Origin: an uncultured Pelagibacteraceae bacterium
GTDB taxonomy: Bacteria; Pseudomonadota; Alphaproteobacteria; Pelagibacterales; Pelagibacteraceae
Direction of reading: 5' to 3'
Length of the DNA stretch: 64,000 nucleotides
Assembly (NCBI GenBank): GCA_902571915.1
Contig: CACGDY010000002.1
Span: 13,006 to 77,005 of the forward strand
Shown here: positions 1 to 10,707 of the stretch, piece by piece
Position numbering within the stretch: the stretch's first letter is position 1
How the letters are laid out: each line of letters opens with the position of its first letter
The notes under the pieces: model-generated
What the model was told of the DNA's origin: nothing
Databases searched by the model: none
Seen by the model: the letters and a program-made list of their open reading frames with translations, nothing else
Made by a program: the position numbers and the translations under genes

Positions 1-369
1 TTGAGTGATTTCATTAAGATAATCGTTATGCCATAAAGTATCAGGATTAAAAATTATAAAATCATTATCATCTGAATGATTAATCAAATTTAATATCCCT
101 CCACCTGTATTAAGTATATCATTTTCCTCTTTGATTATTTGAATATTTATTGAAAACTTTTTTTTTTCAATAAATCTAAAAATTTGATCACCTAAATGAA
201 ATGTGTTGATTAAAATTTTTTTAACACCTATTTTCATGATTAAATTTATACAAACCTCTAGCATTGTTTTATCATTTAATTTTAGAAGAGGTTTAGGTGT
301 TGATAAAGTAAGTGGACTTAACCTTTTTCCAAGGCCTGCACATAATATCAAAGCTGTTTTAATTCTCAT
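1..369 (-). CDS. murU: Sugar-phosphate nucleotidyltransferase (MurNAc-alpha-1-P uridylyltransferase-like); 3' end runs off the window
   Basis: Not in the ORF track. ATG at 369 overlaps the amgK stop (ATGA). Translates MRIKTALILCAGLGKRLSPLTLSTPKPLLKL...LNTGGGI, the NTP-transferase signature. Fits tsaE-amgK-murU synteny. Confidence 0.8.
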   Translation of the reverse strand, partial: MRIKTALILCAGLGKRLSPLTLSTPKPLLKLNDKTMLEVCINLIMKIGVKKILINTFHLGDQIFRFIEKKKFSINIQIIKEENDILNTGGGILNLINHSDDNDFIIFNPDTLWHNDYLNEITQ

Positions 370-1304
370 TTAATTTTTTTAAAATTTTGACTCAGTAAGT
401 TTTTCAAATTAATAAACACTTGATTTTGATTAATGCGCATATTAACAAGATGCCAAGTATAAGGAATTAGTTTTAGATATTTTTTTTTTCTATCCCTAAG
501 TGCTAAACGGGTAAATATTCCAATAATTTTCAGATTTCTTAAAACTGATAGTATTTCAAAATCATTCTTGAACTTTTTTATATCTAATTTTTTTTGTTTT
601 TTTATGTAAAAATTAAAAATTTTCTCTTTAAAAGATTTAGATGTTTCTAATCTCACATCATCTATCAATGAGGCTAGGTCATAAGCTTTGTTACCGATTA
701 ATGCGTCCTGGCTATCAATGAGACCTATTTGATTGTTAACTAACATCAAATTTGAAACATGAAAATCTCTATGTACAAAAATATTATCTTTCAATTTTAA
801 TTTCAAAGTTAATTCTTTAATAATCTTCTTAAAATTTCTACAAAATCTTTTTTTTTTTAATTTCGATAAATTATTTTTTACATACCAATCACAAAATAAA
901 TTTGTTTCATTTATTAAAATTTTTTTGTTGTATTTTGGAATTGTATAATTTTGATTTCTAAAATTTTTTACTTTTTTATTTTTAATAGATTGAATTTGTA
1001 TTAACAATTTAATTATCTTATTAAAATATCTTAATTTATTTTTACCGTCTTTTTTTAATATTTTGAAAAGAGTTTCATCTCCAAAATCCTCTATTTCAAT
1101 GAAATTTTTATCATATCTTTGAGTATATAATCTTGGCGCTAAAATTTTATTCTTGTTTAATATTTTATTTATCGCATCATATACAAGTAAATTTTTAAAT
1201 TTATCTTTTTTTGTATAAACAACAATCGAGGATTGGCCATTGAATTTTTTCCTAAAAAAAATTCTAAAAGATGCATCTCCCTTTATTTTAATTAATTTCG
1301 TCAT
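366..1304 (-). CDS. amgK: APH-family phosphotransferase, anomeric MurNAc/GlcNAc kinase
   Basis: GDASFR, EDFGD, HRDFHVSNLM, IDSQDA, YDLASL and LKIIGIFTRL motifs; lies between tsaE and murU. Confidence 0.8.
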   Translation of the reverse strand: MTKLIKIKGDASFRIFFRKKFNGQSSIVVYTKKDKFKNLLVYDAINKILNKNKILAPRLYTQRYDKNFIEIEDFGDETLFKILKKDGKNKLRYFNKIIKLLIQIQSIKNKKVKNFRNQNYTIPKYNKKILINETNLFCDWYVKNNLSKLKKKRFCRNFKKIIKELTLKLKLKDNIFVHRDFHVSNLMLVNNQIGLIDSQDALIGNKAYDLASLIDDVRLETSKSFKEKIFNFYIKKQKKLDIKKFKNDFEILSVLRNLKIIGIFTRLALRDRKKKYLKLIPYTWHLVNMRINQNQVFINLKNLLSQNFKKIK

Positions 1305-1320
1305 TTAGAAGTAATAAAGG

Positions 1321-1770
1321 CTATAAACCCTTAATTTGCACAGATCTAGTTTTATGATCTTTTCCATACTCAAAAACTAATTCTATCAAATTTTTTGGTT
1401 TTTCTTTAATCATTTGTGGCCATTCTACTAAAGTAATTATGTTTTTATTTTCTTCAAATAAATCTAAATTTCTAATTTCCTCGGCCGACTTCAATCTAAA
1501 TAGATCATAATGATTAATCTTTAATTCATTTATTTGATACTCATTTAACAAATTAAAGGTGGGACTTGTAACTTCTGTTGTTTCAAGTCTATAAAGTTTT
1601 TGAAATTTATTAATAAGGTATCTAATAAAAGTTGTTTTTCCAACTCCTATTTCACCATATAAAAAAACAAAGCATCCAGGTTTAATTTTTTTTAAAAATT
1701 TACCTGCAAGTTCTTCTGTTTTTTTTTCTGAAGATAAATCTATTCTATCACTTTTAATAGCGGTAGGCAT
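1321..1770 (-). CDS. tsaE: tRNA t6A37 biosynthesis ATPase TsaE
   Basis: [10 protein letters not shown]-loop, SPTF, HYDLFRL, EWP. Start moved to the ATG at 1770 (MPTAIK), overlapping the ahcY end by 17 nt. Confidence 0.93.
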   Translation of the reverse strand: MPTAIKSDRIDLSSEKKTEELAGKFLKKIKPGCFVFLYGEIGVGKTTFIRYLINKFQKLYRLETTEVTSPTFNLLNEYQINELKINHYDLFRLKSAEEIRNLDLFEENKNIITLVEWPQMIKEKPKNLIELVFEYGKDHKTRSVQIKGL

Positions 1771-3040
1771 CAGATTTAAAAGGACCTTCAACTCCGACAC
1801 TTATATAGTCCGCCTGTTCTTTTGATAATTTTGTTAATTTTGCTCCAACTTTTTTAAGATGAAGTGTAGCAACCTTCTCATCTAGATGTTTCGGCAAAAC
1901 ATAAACTTTGTTCTCGTAATTTTTGTTATTATTCCAAAGCTCTATCTGTGCAATCACTTGATTAGTAAACGATGCACTCATTACAAAACTTGGATGACCT
2001 GTAGCACAACCTAAATTAACTAATCTACCTTCTGCTAATAAAATAATTCTTTTTTTACTTGGTAATTCTATCTCATGAACTTGGGGTTTTACCTCAGTCC
2101 ATTTGTAATTTTTCAAAGCATCAACTTGAATTTCGTTATCAAAGTGTCCTATATTACACAAAATTGCTCTATCTTTCATTTCGCGCATATGGTCAGCTGT
2201 CACAATATCTTTGTTACCAGTTGCTGTAACAACGATATCAGCTTTGCTGATAGCTTCTTCCATCAAAACCACCTCATAACCTTCCATTGCAGCCTGTAAT
2301 GCACAAATTGGATCCGCTTCTGTAACTAACACTCTAGCACCGCTTTGTCTCAAAGATGCGGCACTTCCTTTGCCAACATCTCCAAAACCAGCTACAATCG
2401 CAATTTTTCCAGACATCATTACATCAGTAGCTCTCCTAATGCCATCAACTAAACTCTCTCTGCACCCATAGAGATTATCAAACTTTGATTTTGTTACTGA
2501 GTCATTTACATTTATAGCTGGGATTAATAAAGTATTATCTTTTTCCATCTTGTTAAGAGCTTTAATACCTGTTGTTGTCTCCTCTGAAACACCTTTTACA
2601 TTTTTAAGTAAATCTTTGTAGTCTTGATGCATCATTGCAGTAAGATCTCCTCCATCATCTAAAAGCATATTAGGTGTCCAATCTTTTTTTCCATTTATTG
2701 ATTGTTTAATACACCAAATATATTCCTCTTCAGTTTCTCCCTTCCAAGCAAAAACGGGCACTCCAGCTTTTGCTATTGCAGCTGCAGCGTGATCTTGGGT
2801 TGAGAAAATATTGCAAGAAGACCATCTAACTTCAGCTCCTAGGTGAACAAGTGTTTCTATTAATACAGCTGTCTGTATTGTCATATGTAGACATCCAATA
2901 ATTTTTGCTCCTTTAAGAGGGGATTTTCCTTTATACTCCTCACGTAATGCCATCAAGCCAGGCATCTCACTTTCTGCGATTAAAATCTCTCTACGACCAA
3001 AATCAGCTAATGATAAATTTTTTACTTTGAAATCTCCCAT
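1754..3040 (-). CDS. ahcY: Adenosylhomocysteinase
   Basis: [56 protein letters not shown]. Confidence 0.98.
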   Translation of the reverse strand: MGDFKVKNLSLADFGRREILIAESEMPGLMALREEYKGKSPLKGAKIIGCLHMTIQTAVLIETLVHLGAEVRWSSCNIFSTQDHAAAAIAKAGVPVFAWKGETEEEYIWCIKQSINGKKDWTPNMLLDDGGDLTAMMHQDYKDLLKNVKGVSEETTTGIKALNKMEKDNTLLIPAINVNDSVTKSKFDNLYGCRESLVDGIRRATDVMMSGKIAIVAGFGDVGKGSAASLRQSGARVLVTEADPICALQAAMEGYEVVLMEEAISKADIVVTATGNKDIVTADHMREMKDRAILCNIGHFDNEIQVDALKNYKWTEVKPQVHEIELPSKKRIILLAEGRLVNLGCATGHPSFVMSASFTNQVIAQIELWNNNKNYENKVYVLPKHLDEKVATLHLKKVGAKLTKLSKEQADYISVGVEGPFKSDAYRY

Positions 3041-3094
3041 GATGAATTTTTTAACAATAAAGGATTAATTAATCAATAGAACTATTTATATCCT

Positions 3095-4636
3095 TTACGC
3101 TTTGGGGAAAGTAATTTCCATACTTGCACCCTTTTGATCTTTTCTATTAGTAGCTTTAATTGTAGCGTTATGCAAATCTACTAAATTTTTCACTATATTT
3201 AATCCAAGCCCTGAATGTTGGCCAAATTTATTTGGTCTATTACTATAAAATCTTTTAAATATCTTTGATGTATCTTTTTCTTTAAAACCCTCCCCTTGAT
3301 CAACTATATTAATTACTATCTCATCGTCTTTTGTTTTAGAAAGGGCCACAATTATCTCTTTGTTATCCTCACTAAAAGAAATTGCATTATCCAAAAGATT
3401 TGCGATTATTTGTTCAATTCTGTTTTCAATTCCGTTTATCAAATAATTATTTTTTCCATCATTTTGATAAAAAATTTTTATTCCTCTTTTAACACCGTAG
3501 ATATTGTTAAAATCATCTACCACAGACTGTATAAGAGGCTCTACATCTAATTTGTTTATTTTTTCTTTACTTAATGCAACTTCATCTTTCAACATTTGAG
3601 AATAATCAGTGATTAATCTCTCAATCCTTTGAACATCGTGACTTAAAATATCAATAAGCTTTGACCGTTGATCTATATCATGATTGTCTTGCAAAATCTC
3701 TGATGCGCTTTTTAAAGATGCAAGCGGATTTCTAATTTCATGAACCAAATCAGTTGAAAAATTTTCAGCCTGGGAAACTCTTTTTTGAAGCTCATAAGTC
3801 ATATTATCTAAAGATTTAGATAACAATCCAAGTTCATCATTTCTCACCTTAAGATTTTCTATGTTTGTAGTTTTAGATTTTTTATCCTGAATAGTTTTTA
3901 TATAGAGAACTAAATTCTTAATTGGTTTTAAAAAATATCGATTTAAAACATAAGAAAAAATTAAGATAACTATTCCTACTGCTATAGCTGTTCTTATTAT
4001 AAATGTTTTTCTTTCATCAATAGCAGCTTTAACATCATTCGCATTTTCAGTAATAGCTAAATAGCCAACATTTTTTCCGCTCTGCATTACGTTCTTAATT
4101 GTTGTAAGTTTAAATTGATTAAAATCTTCTTGAGTAAAAGTATAAGGTGTTCCAAAATTTTTTGATGTAACATAATTAGAAAGAATATCTTTCAGAGAGA
4201 CAAGGTTTTTTCTTCCAATATTTATATTTTTTTGCTCGATTATTTCTTTAGTTTTTTCTTCACTTAAAATTTCAAATTCAATAATATCAAGTCTATTTGT
4301 AAATGATCTTGGGTCTAAATCTAGAGTATCTGTATCTCCGATAAGATTAAGATTATTATCAAAAAAAATTACTCTATCTAAGTTTTGAAATATAAATCTA
4401 GTAGAAAATAAAAACTTTCTAATATCCTCCTCAATAAACTTGATATTTAGCCTTATCAAATTATCAGTTGTGTTATTTATAATTTTAATATGATTAGAAG
4501 ACTTTTTTTTTATTAAATTAGGTTGAACATTTTTTAGGTATAAGAAGGTAAAAAGTCCTATAATTGTAAAAAAAACTATATTTATTAATAAAAATTTTTT
4601 TAAAATTGATAAATTCTTAAGTAAACCACTAATCAT
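3095..4636 (-). CDS. chvG: Sensor histidine kinase ChvG/ExoS-like
   Basis: Two TM segments, HAMP domain, DLVHEIRNPL H-box, NLLDNAISFS, RFYSNRP...HSGLGL; directly downstream of chvI. Confidence 0.88.
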   Translation of the reverse strand: MISGLLKNLSILKKFLLINIVFFTIIGLFTFLYLKNVQPNLIKKKSSNHIKIINNTTDNLIRLNIKFIEEDIRKFLFSTRFIFQNLDRVIFFDNNLNLIGDTDTLDLDPRSFTNRLDIIEFEILSEEKTKEIIEQKNINIGRKNLVSLKDILSNYVTSKNFGTPYTFTQEDFNQFKLTTIKNVMQSGKNVGYLAITENANDVKAAIDERKTFIIRTAIAVGIVILIFSYVLNRYFLKPIKNLVLYIKTIQDKKSKTTNIENLKVRNDELGLLSKSLDNMTYELQKRVSQAENFSTDLVHEIRNPLASLKSASEILQDNHDIDQRSKLIDILSHDVQRIERLITDYSQMLKDEVALSKEKINKLDVEPLIQSVVDDFNNIYGVKRGIKIFYQNDGKNNYLINGIENRIEQIIANLLDNAISFSEDNKEIIVALSKTKDDEIVINIVDQGEGFKEKDTSKIFKRFYSNRPNKFGQHSGLGLNIVKNLVDLHNATIKATNRKDQKGASMEITFPKA

Positions 4637-5343
4637 CAACTAACATTCCATCTATAACCACTTCCATATCTTGTTTCTATAGCTGAAAAATCAGGATCAA
4701 TTTTTTTGAACTTTTTTCTAATTCTTTTAACGTGACTATCTATAGTTCTGTCCTCAATATCTGTGTCTTCCCTATAAGCTATATCCATAAGTTGAGCTCT
4801 TTCTTTAATTATCCCAGGTCTTTTAGCAAGCTCTTTGACAATCAAAAATTCTGTAGTTGTCAATTTGTCAGGCAACTGTTTACCATTCCATTCACATTCT
4901 AATTGTGCAGAGTCTAATTTTAATTTTCCATGTGAAATTATTGACTTATTGTCTTCAATTACGTTATTAGTTTCCTTTTTTCTTAATTGAACTCTAATTC
5001 TTTCAATTAAAACTTTAATTGAAAATCCACCCGATTTTTTAATAAAATCATCAGCTCCGAGCTTTAAGCCTAAAAGCTCGTCAATTTCGTCATCTTTTGA
5101 TGTTAAAAATATTACCGGCATAGATGTTTTTTTTCTTAATTTTTTTAATAATTCTTCTCCATCCATTTTAGGCATTTTTATATCAATAACTGCTAAGTCT
5201 GGAGTTTTTCTTCCAAGACCAATTAGAGCACTTTCTCCATCAATATAAGTTTGGACATTAAAACCTTCTTTTTCTAAAGCAATACTTAAGCTTGTAAGAA
5301 TATTTCTATCATCATCAACTAAAGCTATTGTCTGTTTTTGCAT
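4636..5343 (-). CDS. chvI: OmpR-family response regulator ChvI
   Basis: TIALVDDDRNILTS, DIKMPKMDG, FLTSKDDEIDE, DRTIDSHVKRIRKKF, IETRYGSGYR. Confidence 0.93.
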   Translation of the reverse strand: MQKQTIALVDDDRNILTSLSIALEKEGFNVQTYIDGESALIGLGRKTPDLAVIDIKMPKMDGEELLKKLRKKTSMPVIFLTSKDDEIDELLGLKLGADDFIKKSGGFSIKVLIERIRVQLRKKETNNVIEDNKSIISHGKLKLDSAQLECEWNGKQLPDKLTTTEFLIVKELAKRPGIIKERAQLMDIAYREDTDIEDRTIDSHVKRIRKKFKKIDPDFSAIETRYGSGYRWNVS

Positions 5344-5354
5344 TACCACATATA

Positions 5355-5383
5355 AAAATACTAAATTGTTCCAATTAGGGCAA
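5355..5383 (-). promoter_or_regulatory. Possible sigma70 promoter of chvI-chvG
   Basis: TTGCCC-17 nt-TATTTT ending 11 nt before the chvI ATG. The AT-rich background weakens the call. Confidence 0.3.
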
Positions 5384-5393
5384 TAAATATTAA

Positions 5394-8168
5394 TTACTTT
5401 AGGTTGCCCCAGTTATTTCCTATATTTAAATCAACTGTTAAAGGTATCGAGAAAGAATGTAGATCACTTTTTGATACACTGCTCATCTCATCTATAATTA
5501 TTTTGCTGATTCCTTCAATGTCATCTTTATGTGTTTCAAAAATTAATTCATCATGTATTTGTAAAAGCATCTTTGTTTTAAAATTTCTTTTTAAATTTAA
5601 TTTTTTACTAAGCCTTATCATCGCTAATCTCATTATTTCAGATGCTGATCCTTGAATAGGTGCATTAATAGCAGCTCTCTCTTGAAAATTCCTGACATTA
5701 TAATTTTTGTCATTAATATTTATAAAATGTGATCTTCTTCCAAAAATATTATTTACGTATCCACTTTTTCTACAAAATTTAATTGTTTTCTCCATATAAC
5801 TTTTTATTTCTGGAAATCTTAAAAAATAAGAATTTAAAAAATTTTTAGCCTCATGATTAGAAACATTGATTTGTTTCGCCAACCCATATTCAGAAATCCC
5901 ATATATTATACCAAAATTAATTGCCTTTGCTTTTCTTCTTTGATCGGAAGTAATTTTATCAATTTCAATATCAAATATTTGGCTTGCAGTTAATGAATGG
6001 ATATCTTCATTGTTTTTAAAAGCTTTTTTAAGTTCTTTTACATCAGCTAAGTCTGCTAATATTCTCATCTCTATTTGATTATAATCTGCAGAAAGTAAAA
6101 CATAATCTTTTTTTGCTATAAAAGCTTTTCTGATATCTTTTCCATCATCAGATTTTATAGGAATATTTTGTAAATTTGGTTCACTTGAGGCTAATCTACC
6201 AGTTGATGTTGCTGCCAACAAAAATGATGTATGAACCCTTTTTGTTTTTTGGTTTATATGTTCAGGAAGTGAGTCTGAATAAGTATTTTTTAACTTAGAT
6301 AATTGTCTCCAGTCTAAAATTAGTTGTGGAAATTTATGACCTTTATAAGCGAGATCTTCTAGTACAGATGCATTAGTTGCAAATCCTCCTTTTTTGGTTT
6401 TTTTTAATCCTCCTATCTTTAAATCATTATAAATTATTTCCCCTAATTGTTTAGTCGAAGCAATATTAAATTCTTTTTTTGATAACTTGAAAACTTCTTT
6501 TTGTATTTTTTCGATTTTTTTTTGAAATTTTGAAGATAAAATCTTTAGAAAATCTTTATCAATTTTAATTCCTTCGATTTCCATGTGTGCTAAAATTTCA
6601 ATCATAGGTTTTTCAAATGTTTCATAAATATTTATCAATTTTTGTTCCTTCAGAAATTTATAAAATTTTTTATAAAGTCTCAAAGTAATGTCAGCATCCT
6701 CAGCAGCATAATTTTTTGCTTTTTCGATATCTACCTCGCTAAAATTTATTTCTTTTTTTCCAGTTCCCACTAATTCTTTAAATGAAATGGTTTTATGACT
6801 TAAGTGAATTTTCGAAAGCGTATCCATATTATGTCTGTTTTTTCCTGCATCTAACACATAAGACATCAACATAGTATCTTCCATGGATGAAATATTTATT
6901 CCTTGATAAAATAATATAATAAAATCAAATTTAATATTCTGTCCGATTTTTTTTACACTGGTATCCTCAAGTAAAGGTTTCAATTGATTTAAAACCCTTT
7001 TTTTATCTAAAGATTTTTTCGATTTGTGTCCGACAGGTATATAACAAGCTTTTCCAATTTTAGTACTTAAAGAAATACCAACTAATTCTGCAGTGTGAGG
7101 GTCAAGTGAGTTGGTTTCTGTATCAAAAGCTACTTCGCCTGCCTCCTCAGCTTCCTTAATCCAAGAGTCGATTTCTAAATAATCTTGAATTAAGTGATAT
7201 TCTTTTTTACTAATCTTCGAAGTGTTAAAGTTATCTTCTAATACTTTTTTATTTCCCTCAAAATTCGGTTCTCCGTAAGCTGAAATAGCTGAACTTAACA
7301 ATCTGTTAAATTCCATTTCTCTTAAGAAAGTATAAAGTCTATTTTTGTCAATCTCTTTCAACTTAAACTCCTTTAAATCCATTTTAATTGGTACATTTTT
7401 TTCTAAAGTTACCAATTTTTTACTGATAATTGCTTTATCTTTATTCTCAATTAGGGACTCTCTTCTTTTATTTTGTTTAATTTCTCTAGCTGAGTTCAGA
7501 AGTTTTTCTAAAGAACCATATTTATTAATTAATTCAGATGCTGTTTTTATTCCTATACCTGGGACACCTGGTACATTATCGCTACTATCACCAGCTAAAG
7601 CTTGAACATCTACTACTTTTGACGGCTGTACACCAAATTTTTTAAGCACATCTTCTTCATTAATAAATTTATTCTTCATAGGATCATAAATTCGAATATC
7701 TTTTTTATATAGTTGCATTAAATCTTTATCAGATGAAACAATTGTTACCTTGCCACCTTTTTTTAAAATTTTATCAGCATATGTAGCTATTAAATCATCT
7801 GCTTCAAAATTTATTAGCTCAACTGATGGCAAATTAAAAGCAAGAACAGATTTTCTTATATACTCAAATTGAGGAGCTAAATCATCGGGTGCTTCGGAAC
7901 GATTGGCTTTATAATCTTTGTAAATTTCATTTCTAAATGTTTTCCTAGCTGAATCAAAGATCACTGCAAAATGAGATGGTTTTTGCAGATTTTGATTTGA
8001 TTTTGAGTCCTCTAAAAGTTTAAAGAGCATGCTACAAAATCCACTAACTGCACCAGTGGGTAATCCATCGCTTTTACGTGATAAAGGCGGGAGAGCATAG
8101 TAAGCCCGGAAAATATAGCCAGAACCATCTATGAGATAATAATGCTCTTTTTTTTTAATTTTATTCAT
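5394..8168 (-). CDS. polA: DNA polymerase I
   Basis: 5'-3' exonuclease (LIDGSGYIFRAYY, EADD), 3'-5' exonuclease (DTET), polymerase motifs (ADYNQIEMR, KAINFGIIYG, QIHDEL). Confidence 0.98.
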   Translation of the reverse strand: MNKIKKKEHYYLIDGSGYIFRAYYALPPLSRKSDGLPTGAVSGFCSMLFKLLEDSKSNQNLQKPSHFAVIFDSARKTFRNEIYKDYKANRSEAPDDLAPQFEYIRKSVLAFNLPSVELINFEADDLIATYADKILKKGGKVTIVSSDKDLMQLYKKDIRIYDPMKNKFINEEDVLKKFGVQPSKVVDVQALAGDSSDNVPGVPGIGIKTASELINKYGSLEKLLNSAREIKQNKRRESLIENKDKAIISKKLVTLEKNVPIKMDLKEFKLKEIDKNRLYTFLREMEFNRLLSSAISAYGEPNFEGNKKVLEDNFNTSKISKKEYHLIQDYLEIDSWIKEAEEAGEVAFDTETNSLDPHTAELVGISLSTKIGKACYIPVGHKSKKSLDKKRVLNQLKPLLEDTSVKKIGQNIKFDFIILFYQGINISSMEDTMLMSYVLDAGKNRHNMDTLSKIHLSHKTISFKELVGTGKKEINFSEVDIEKAKNYAAEDADITLRLYKKFYKFLKEQKLINIYETFEKPMIEILAHMEIEGIKIDKDFLKILSSKFQKKIEKIQKEVFKLSKKEFNIASTKQLGEIIYNDLKIGGLKKTKKGGFATNASVLEDLAYKGHKFPQLILDWRQLSKLKNTYSDSLPEHINQKTKRVHTSFLLAATSTGRLASSEPNLQNIPIKSDDGKDIRKAFIAKKDYVLLSADYNQIEMRILADLADVKELKKAFKNNEDIHSLTASQIFDIEIDKITSDQRRKAKAINFGIIYGISEYGLAKQINVSNHEAKNFLNSYFLRFPEIKSYMEKTIKFCRKSGYVNNIFGRRSHFININDKNYNVRNFQERAAINAPIQGSASEIMRLAMIRLSKKLNLKRNFKTKMLLQIHDELIFETHKDDIEGISKIIIDEMSSVSKSDLHSFSIPLTVDLNIGNNWGNLK

Positions 8169-8277
8169 TCAGAATATTTAATGTTATATTAGACATTATC
8201 TCTATATTAAAATTATATTATAAATTTTATATAATTTATTTCTAGATTATCAGGAAAAAAGTTAGTAATATTTTTTT

Positions 8278-8829
8278 ATGGAATCAATAAGAACAATTAC
8301 TCAATCAAAGCTTGTGAAATTATCACTTATTGTATTTTTTGGATCGATAATTCTTGCTATATCTGCGAAAATTAAAATTCCATTCTATCCCGTTCCTATG
8401 ACCATGCAGACATTTATAGTGTTACTTTTAGGTATAAGTTTTGGTACTAAAATTGGTGTTGCGACTATAATTTTGTATTTACTTGAGGGAATAATAGGCT
8501 TACCGGTTTTTTCTAATTCTCCTGAAAGGGGTATTGGATTAGTTTATTTCACTGGACCTACAATGGGTTATTTGCTTGGATTTATTTCTGCTTGTTATTT
8601 GACATCCTCGATTAGACAAAATGAGAATTACTTGAGAATTTTTATGAAATTAATTTTGTCAGTATCAACTATATATATTTTAGGAGTTTTGTGGTTGGGT
8701 TATATTATTGGGTGGGATAAACCTTTGTTTGAATTAGGTGTAGCACCTTTTTTATTAGCTGAAATTTTTAAAATTACTTTATTAACTTTATTATTTAGAA
8801 GATTAATCAAATTAAGAAAATTTATTTAG
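8278..8829 (+). CDS. bioY: Biotin transporter BioY (solitary S component)
   Basis: IPFYPVPMTMQTF, YLLEGIIGLPVF, GPTMGYLLGF; hydrophobic, 183 aa. Confidence 0.92.
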   Translation: MESIRTITQSKLVKLSLIVFFGSIILAISAKIKIPFYPVPMTMQTFIVLLLGISFGTKIGVATIILYLLEGIIGLPVFSNSPERGIGLVYFTGPTMGYLLGFISACYLTSSIRQNENYLRIFMKLILSVSTIYILGVLWLGYIIGWDKPLFELGVAPFLLAEIFKITLLTLLFRRLIKLRKFI

Positions 8830-9385
8830 GAGACCTCTTTGAAAGAATTCTTTGCAAAGTTCTTCTATGCATCTTAAGTCTTCTAGCAGTTTCTGAGACA
8901 TTTCTGTTACAAAGTTCGAACACTCTATGAATATGTTCCCATTTTACTCTATCTGCTGACATTGGGTTTTCTGGCGGTACAGCTTTTTTTGTTGGATCAG
9001 CTAAAAGAGCTTTTTCAACATCATCTGCGTCCGCAGGCTTTGCTAGATAATCAATTGCCCCCTCTTTAATAGCTGCGACTGCTGTTGGAATATTACCATA
9101 ACCTGTTAGCATTATTATTCTACTAGATGAGTTAGATGATTGGATTTGTTTTACAACTTCTAAGCCGTTACCATCACTTAGTCTCAAGTCTACCACTGCA
9201 AAACCGGGTTTTTTGGACTTAACAGTATCAATACCTTTTTGTACACCCTCAGCTTGAATAACTTCAAATCCCTTCTTTTCCATAGCTCTAGCTAAACGCT
9301 CTCTAAAAGGATTATCATCATCCACAATTAATAGTGATTTGTTCTCAAAATCAGCTAAATTTTGCAAAGTTGCATCTGTTTTCAT
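8822..9385 (-). CDS. regA: Redox response regulator RegA/PrrA/ActR
   Basis: LTGYGNIPTAVAA and the highly conserved PMSADRVKWEHIHRVFELCNRNVSETARRLKMHRRTLQRIL tail. Confidence 0.95.
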   Translation of the reverse strand: MKTDATLQNLADFENKSLLIVDDDNPFRERLARAMEKKGFEVIQAEGVQKGIDTVKSKKPGFAVVDLRLSDGNGLEVVKQIQSSNSSSRIIMLTGYGNIPTAVAAIKEGAIDYLAKPADADDVEKALLADPTKKAVPPENPMSADRVKWEHIHRVFELCNRNVSETARRLKMHRRTLQRILSKRSPK

Positions 9386-9392
9386 ATATTGA

Positions 9393-9420
9393 ATATGGCT
9401 ACTTTTTATTAAATTTCAAG
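9393..9420 (-). promoter_or_regulatory. Putative regA promoter (RpoH-like or sigma70), predicting a leaderless transcript
   Basis: CTTGAA-16 nt-CCATAT, ending 7 nt before the regA ATG. Confidence 0.4.
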
Positions 9421-9528
9421 GGTCATTATTTTCTTTACATTAAATAAGTATTGAATTAACTGCTGGATATTAAAGATTATTTTTTATAAATAACTTTTTT
9501 TTGTTAAATTTTTTTGGGGGGCGTTTAG

Positions 9529-10707
9529 ATGCTAAAATTTAAATCAGTTGATGCATTAGTAAATCAACTGAAACCAACAGAGCCAGTTTATTGTATTAGA
9601 AGAAATTCTATAAATTTAGCTTCTAAATTTTTTCAAAATAAGTTTCCTGGTAAAATTCTATATGCTGTAAAAACTAATCCTCATCCATTGGTATTAAAGA
9701 CAATTGTAGAAAGTGGAATTAATGACTTTGATATTGCTTCAATTAATGAAGTAGAGGCAATAAAGAAAGTAAGCCCAGATGCAAAATGCTCTTATATGCA
9801 TACTGTAAAAAGTAAAGAAAGTATAATCGAGGCTTACTTCAAATATAACATTAAGACTTTTTCAATAGATACTAAAGACGAATTGATAAAAATTCTAAAC
9901 AGCACAAATCAAGCTAAAGACTTGGAATTATTTGTAAGGGTAGCAGTTTCTAATGAACATGCAGAAATAGATTTATCTAAAAAATTTGGCGCACAAACTT
10001 CTGAAGCTATAGGACTTTACAGACTAACAAAACAATATGCCAAAAAAATAGGATTAAGTTTTCATGTTGGATCACAATGTATGCATCCAATATCTTACTC
10101 GAAAGGTATTAATGAAATTAAATATATAATTAAAAAAACAAAGATAGTTCCAGATATTATAAATATAGGTGGAGGATTTCCAACGATCTATCCTGATTTG
10201 GTTCCTAAATCATTACATTCTTATTTTGATGAAATTAAAAATTCTTTAATTAATTTAAAATTAAAAAAACTTCCTGAAATAATATGTGAGCCTGGCCGAG
10301 CAATTGTTGCTGAAAGTGGTTCTACAATAGTTAGGGTTAATTTGAGAAAAAAACAAAAGCTTTACATTAATGATGGAACATATGGAACTTTATTTGATGC
10401 AGGGGTACCTAATATAATTTATCCATCAAGAATAATTACAAATGGACGAATAGTGTCAAAAAAATTAACCTCATTCGATTTTTATGGACCAACATGTGAT
10501 AGTATGGATTATATGAAAGGTCCTTTTATTTTACCCAATAATATTAAAGAGGGTGATTATATTGAATTAGGTCAATTAGGTGCATATGGTCTTACTTTTA
10601 GGACTCAATTTAATGGCTATTACTCCGATGAAATTTATGAGGTTGAGGACAGACCAATAATGACTATGTATGATAAGAATTCAGACAAAGCTACTCTAGT
10701 TGCTTAA
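9529..10707 (+). CDS. Fold-III PLP-dependent basic amino-acid decarboxylase (ornithine decarboxylase family; probably arginine-specific)
   Basis: YAVKTN PLP lysine, FHVGSQ, IGGGF, EPGR, NDGTYG, GPTCDSMD, GAYG. Operon context with aguA/aguB argues for agmatine as the product. Confidence 0.85.
   Translation: MLKFKSVDALVNQLKPTEPVYCIRRNSINLASKFFQNKFPGKILYAVKTNPHPLVLKTIVESGINDFDIASINEVEAIKKVSPDAKCSYMHTVKSKESIIEAYFKYNIKTFSIDTKDELIKILNSTNQAKDLELFVRVAVSNEHAEIDLSKKFGAQTSEAIGLYRLTKQYAKKIGLSFHVGSQCMHPISYSKGINEIKYIIKKTKIVPDIINIGGGFPTIYPDLVPKSLHSYFDEIKNSLINLKLKKLPEIICEPGRAIVAESGSTIVRVNLRKKQKLYINDGTYGTLFDAGVPNIIYPSRIITNGRIVSKKLTSFDFYGPTCDSMDYMKGPFILPNNIKEGDYIELGQLGAYGLTFRTQFNGYYSDEIYEVEDRPIMTMYDKNSDKATLVA

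Noticed and set aside
8169-8277. AT-rich palindromic-looking sequence between divergent polA and bioY
   Set aside because: Nearly pure A/T, so chance symmetry is expected. No recognisable BirA or BioR operator or structured RNA.
9511-9528. G6 run upstream of the decarboxylase as a phase-variable tract or regulatory leader
   Set aside because: Only six G, spaced like a Shine-Dalgarno, 7 nt from the ATG. The upstream spacer is AT-rich with no convincing structured RNA.
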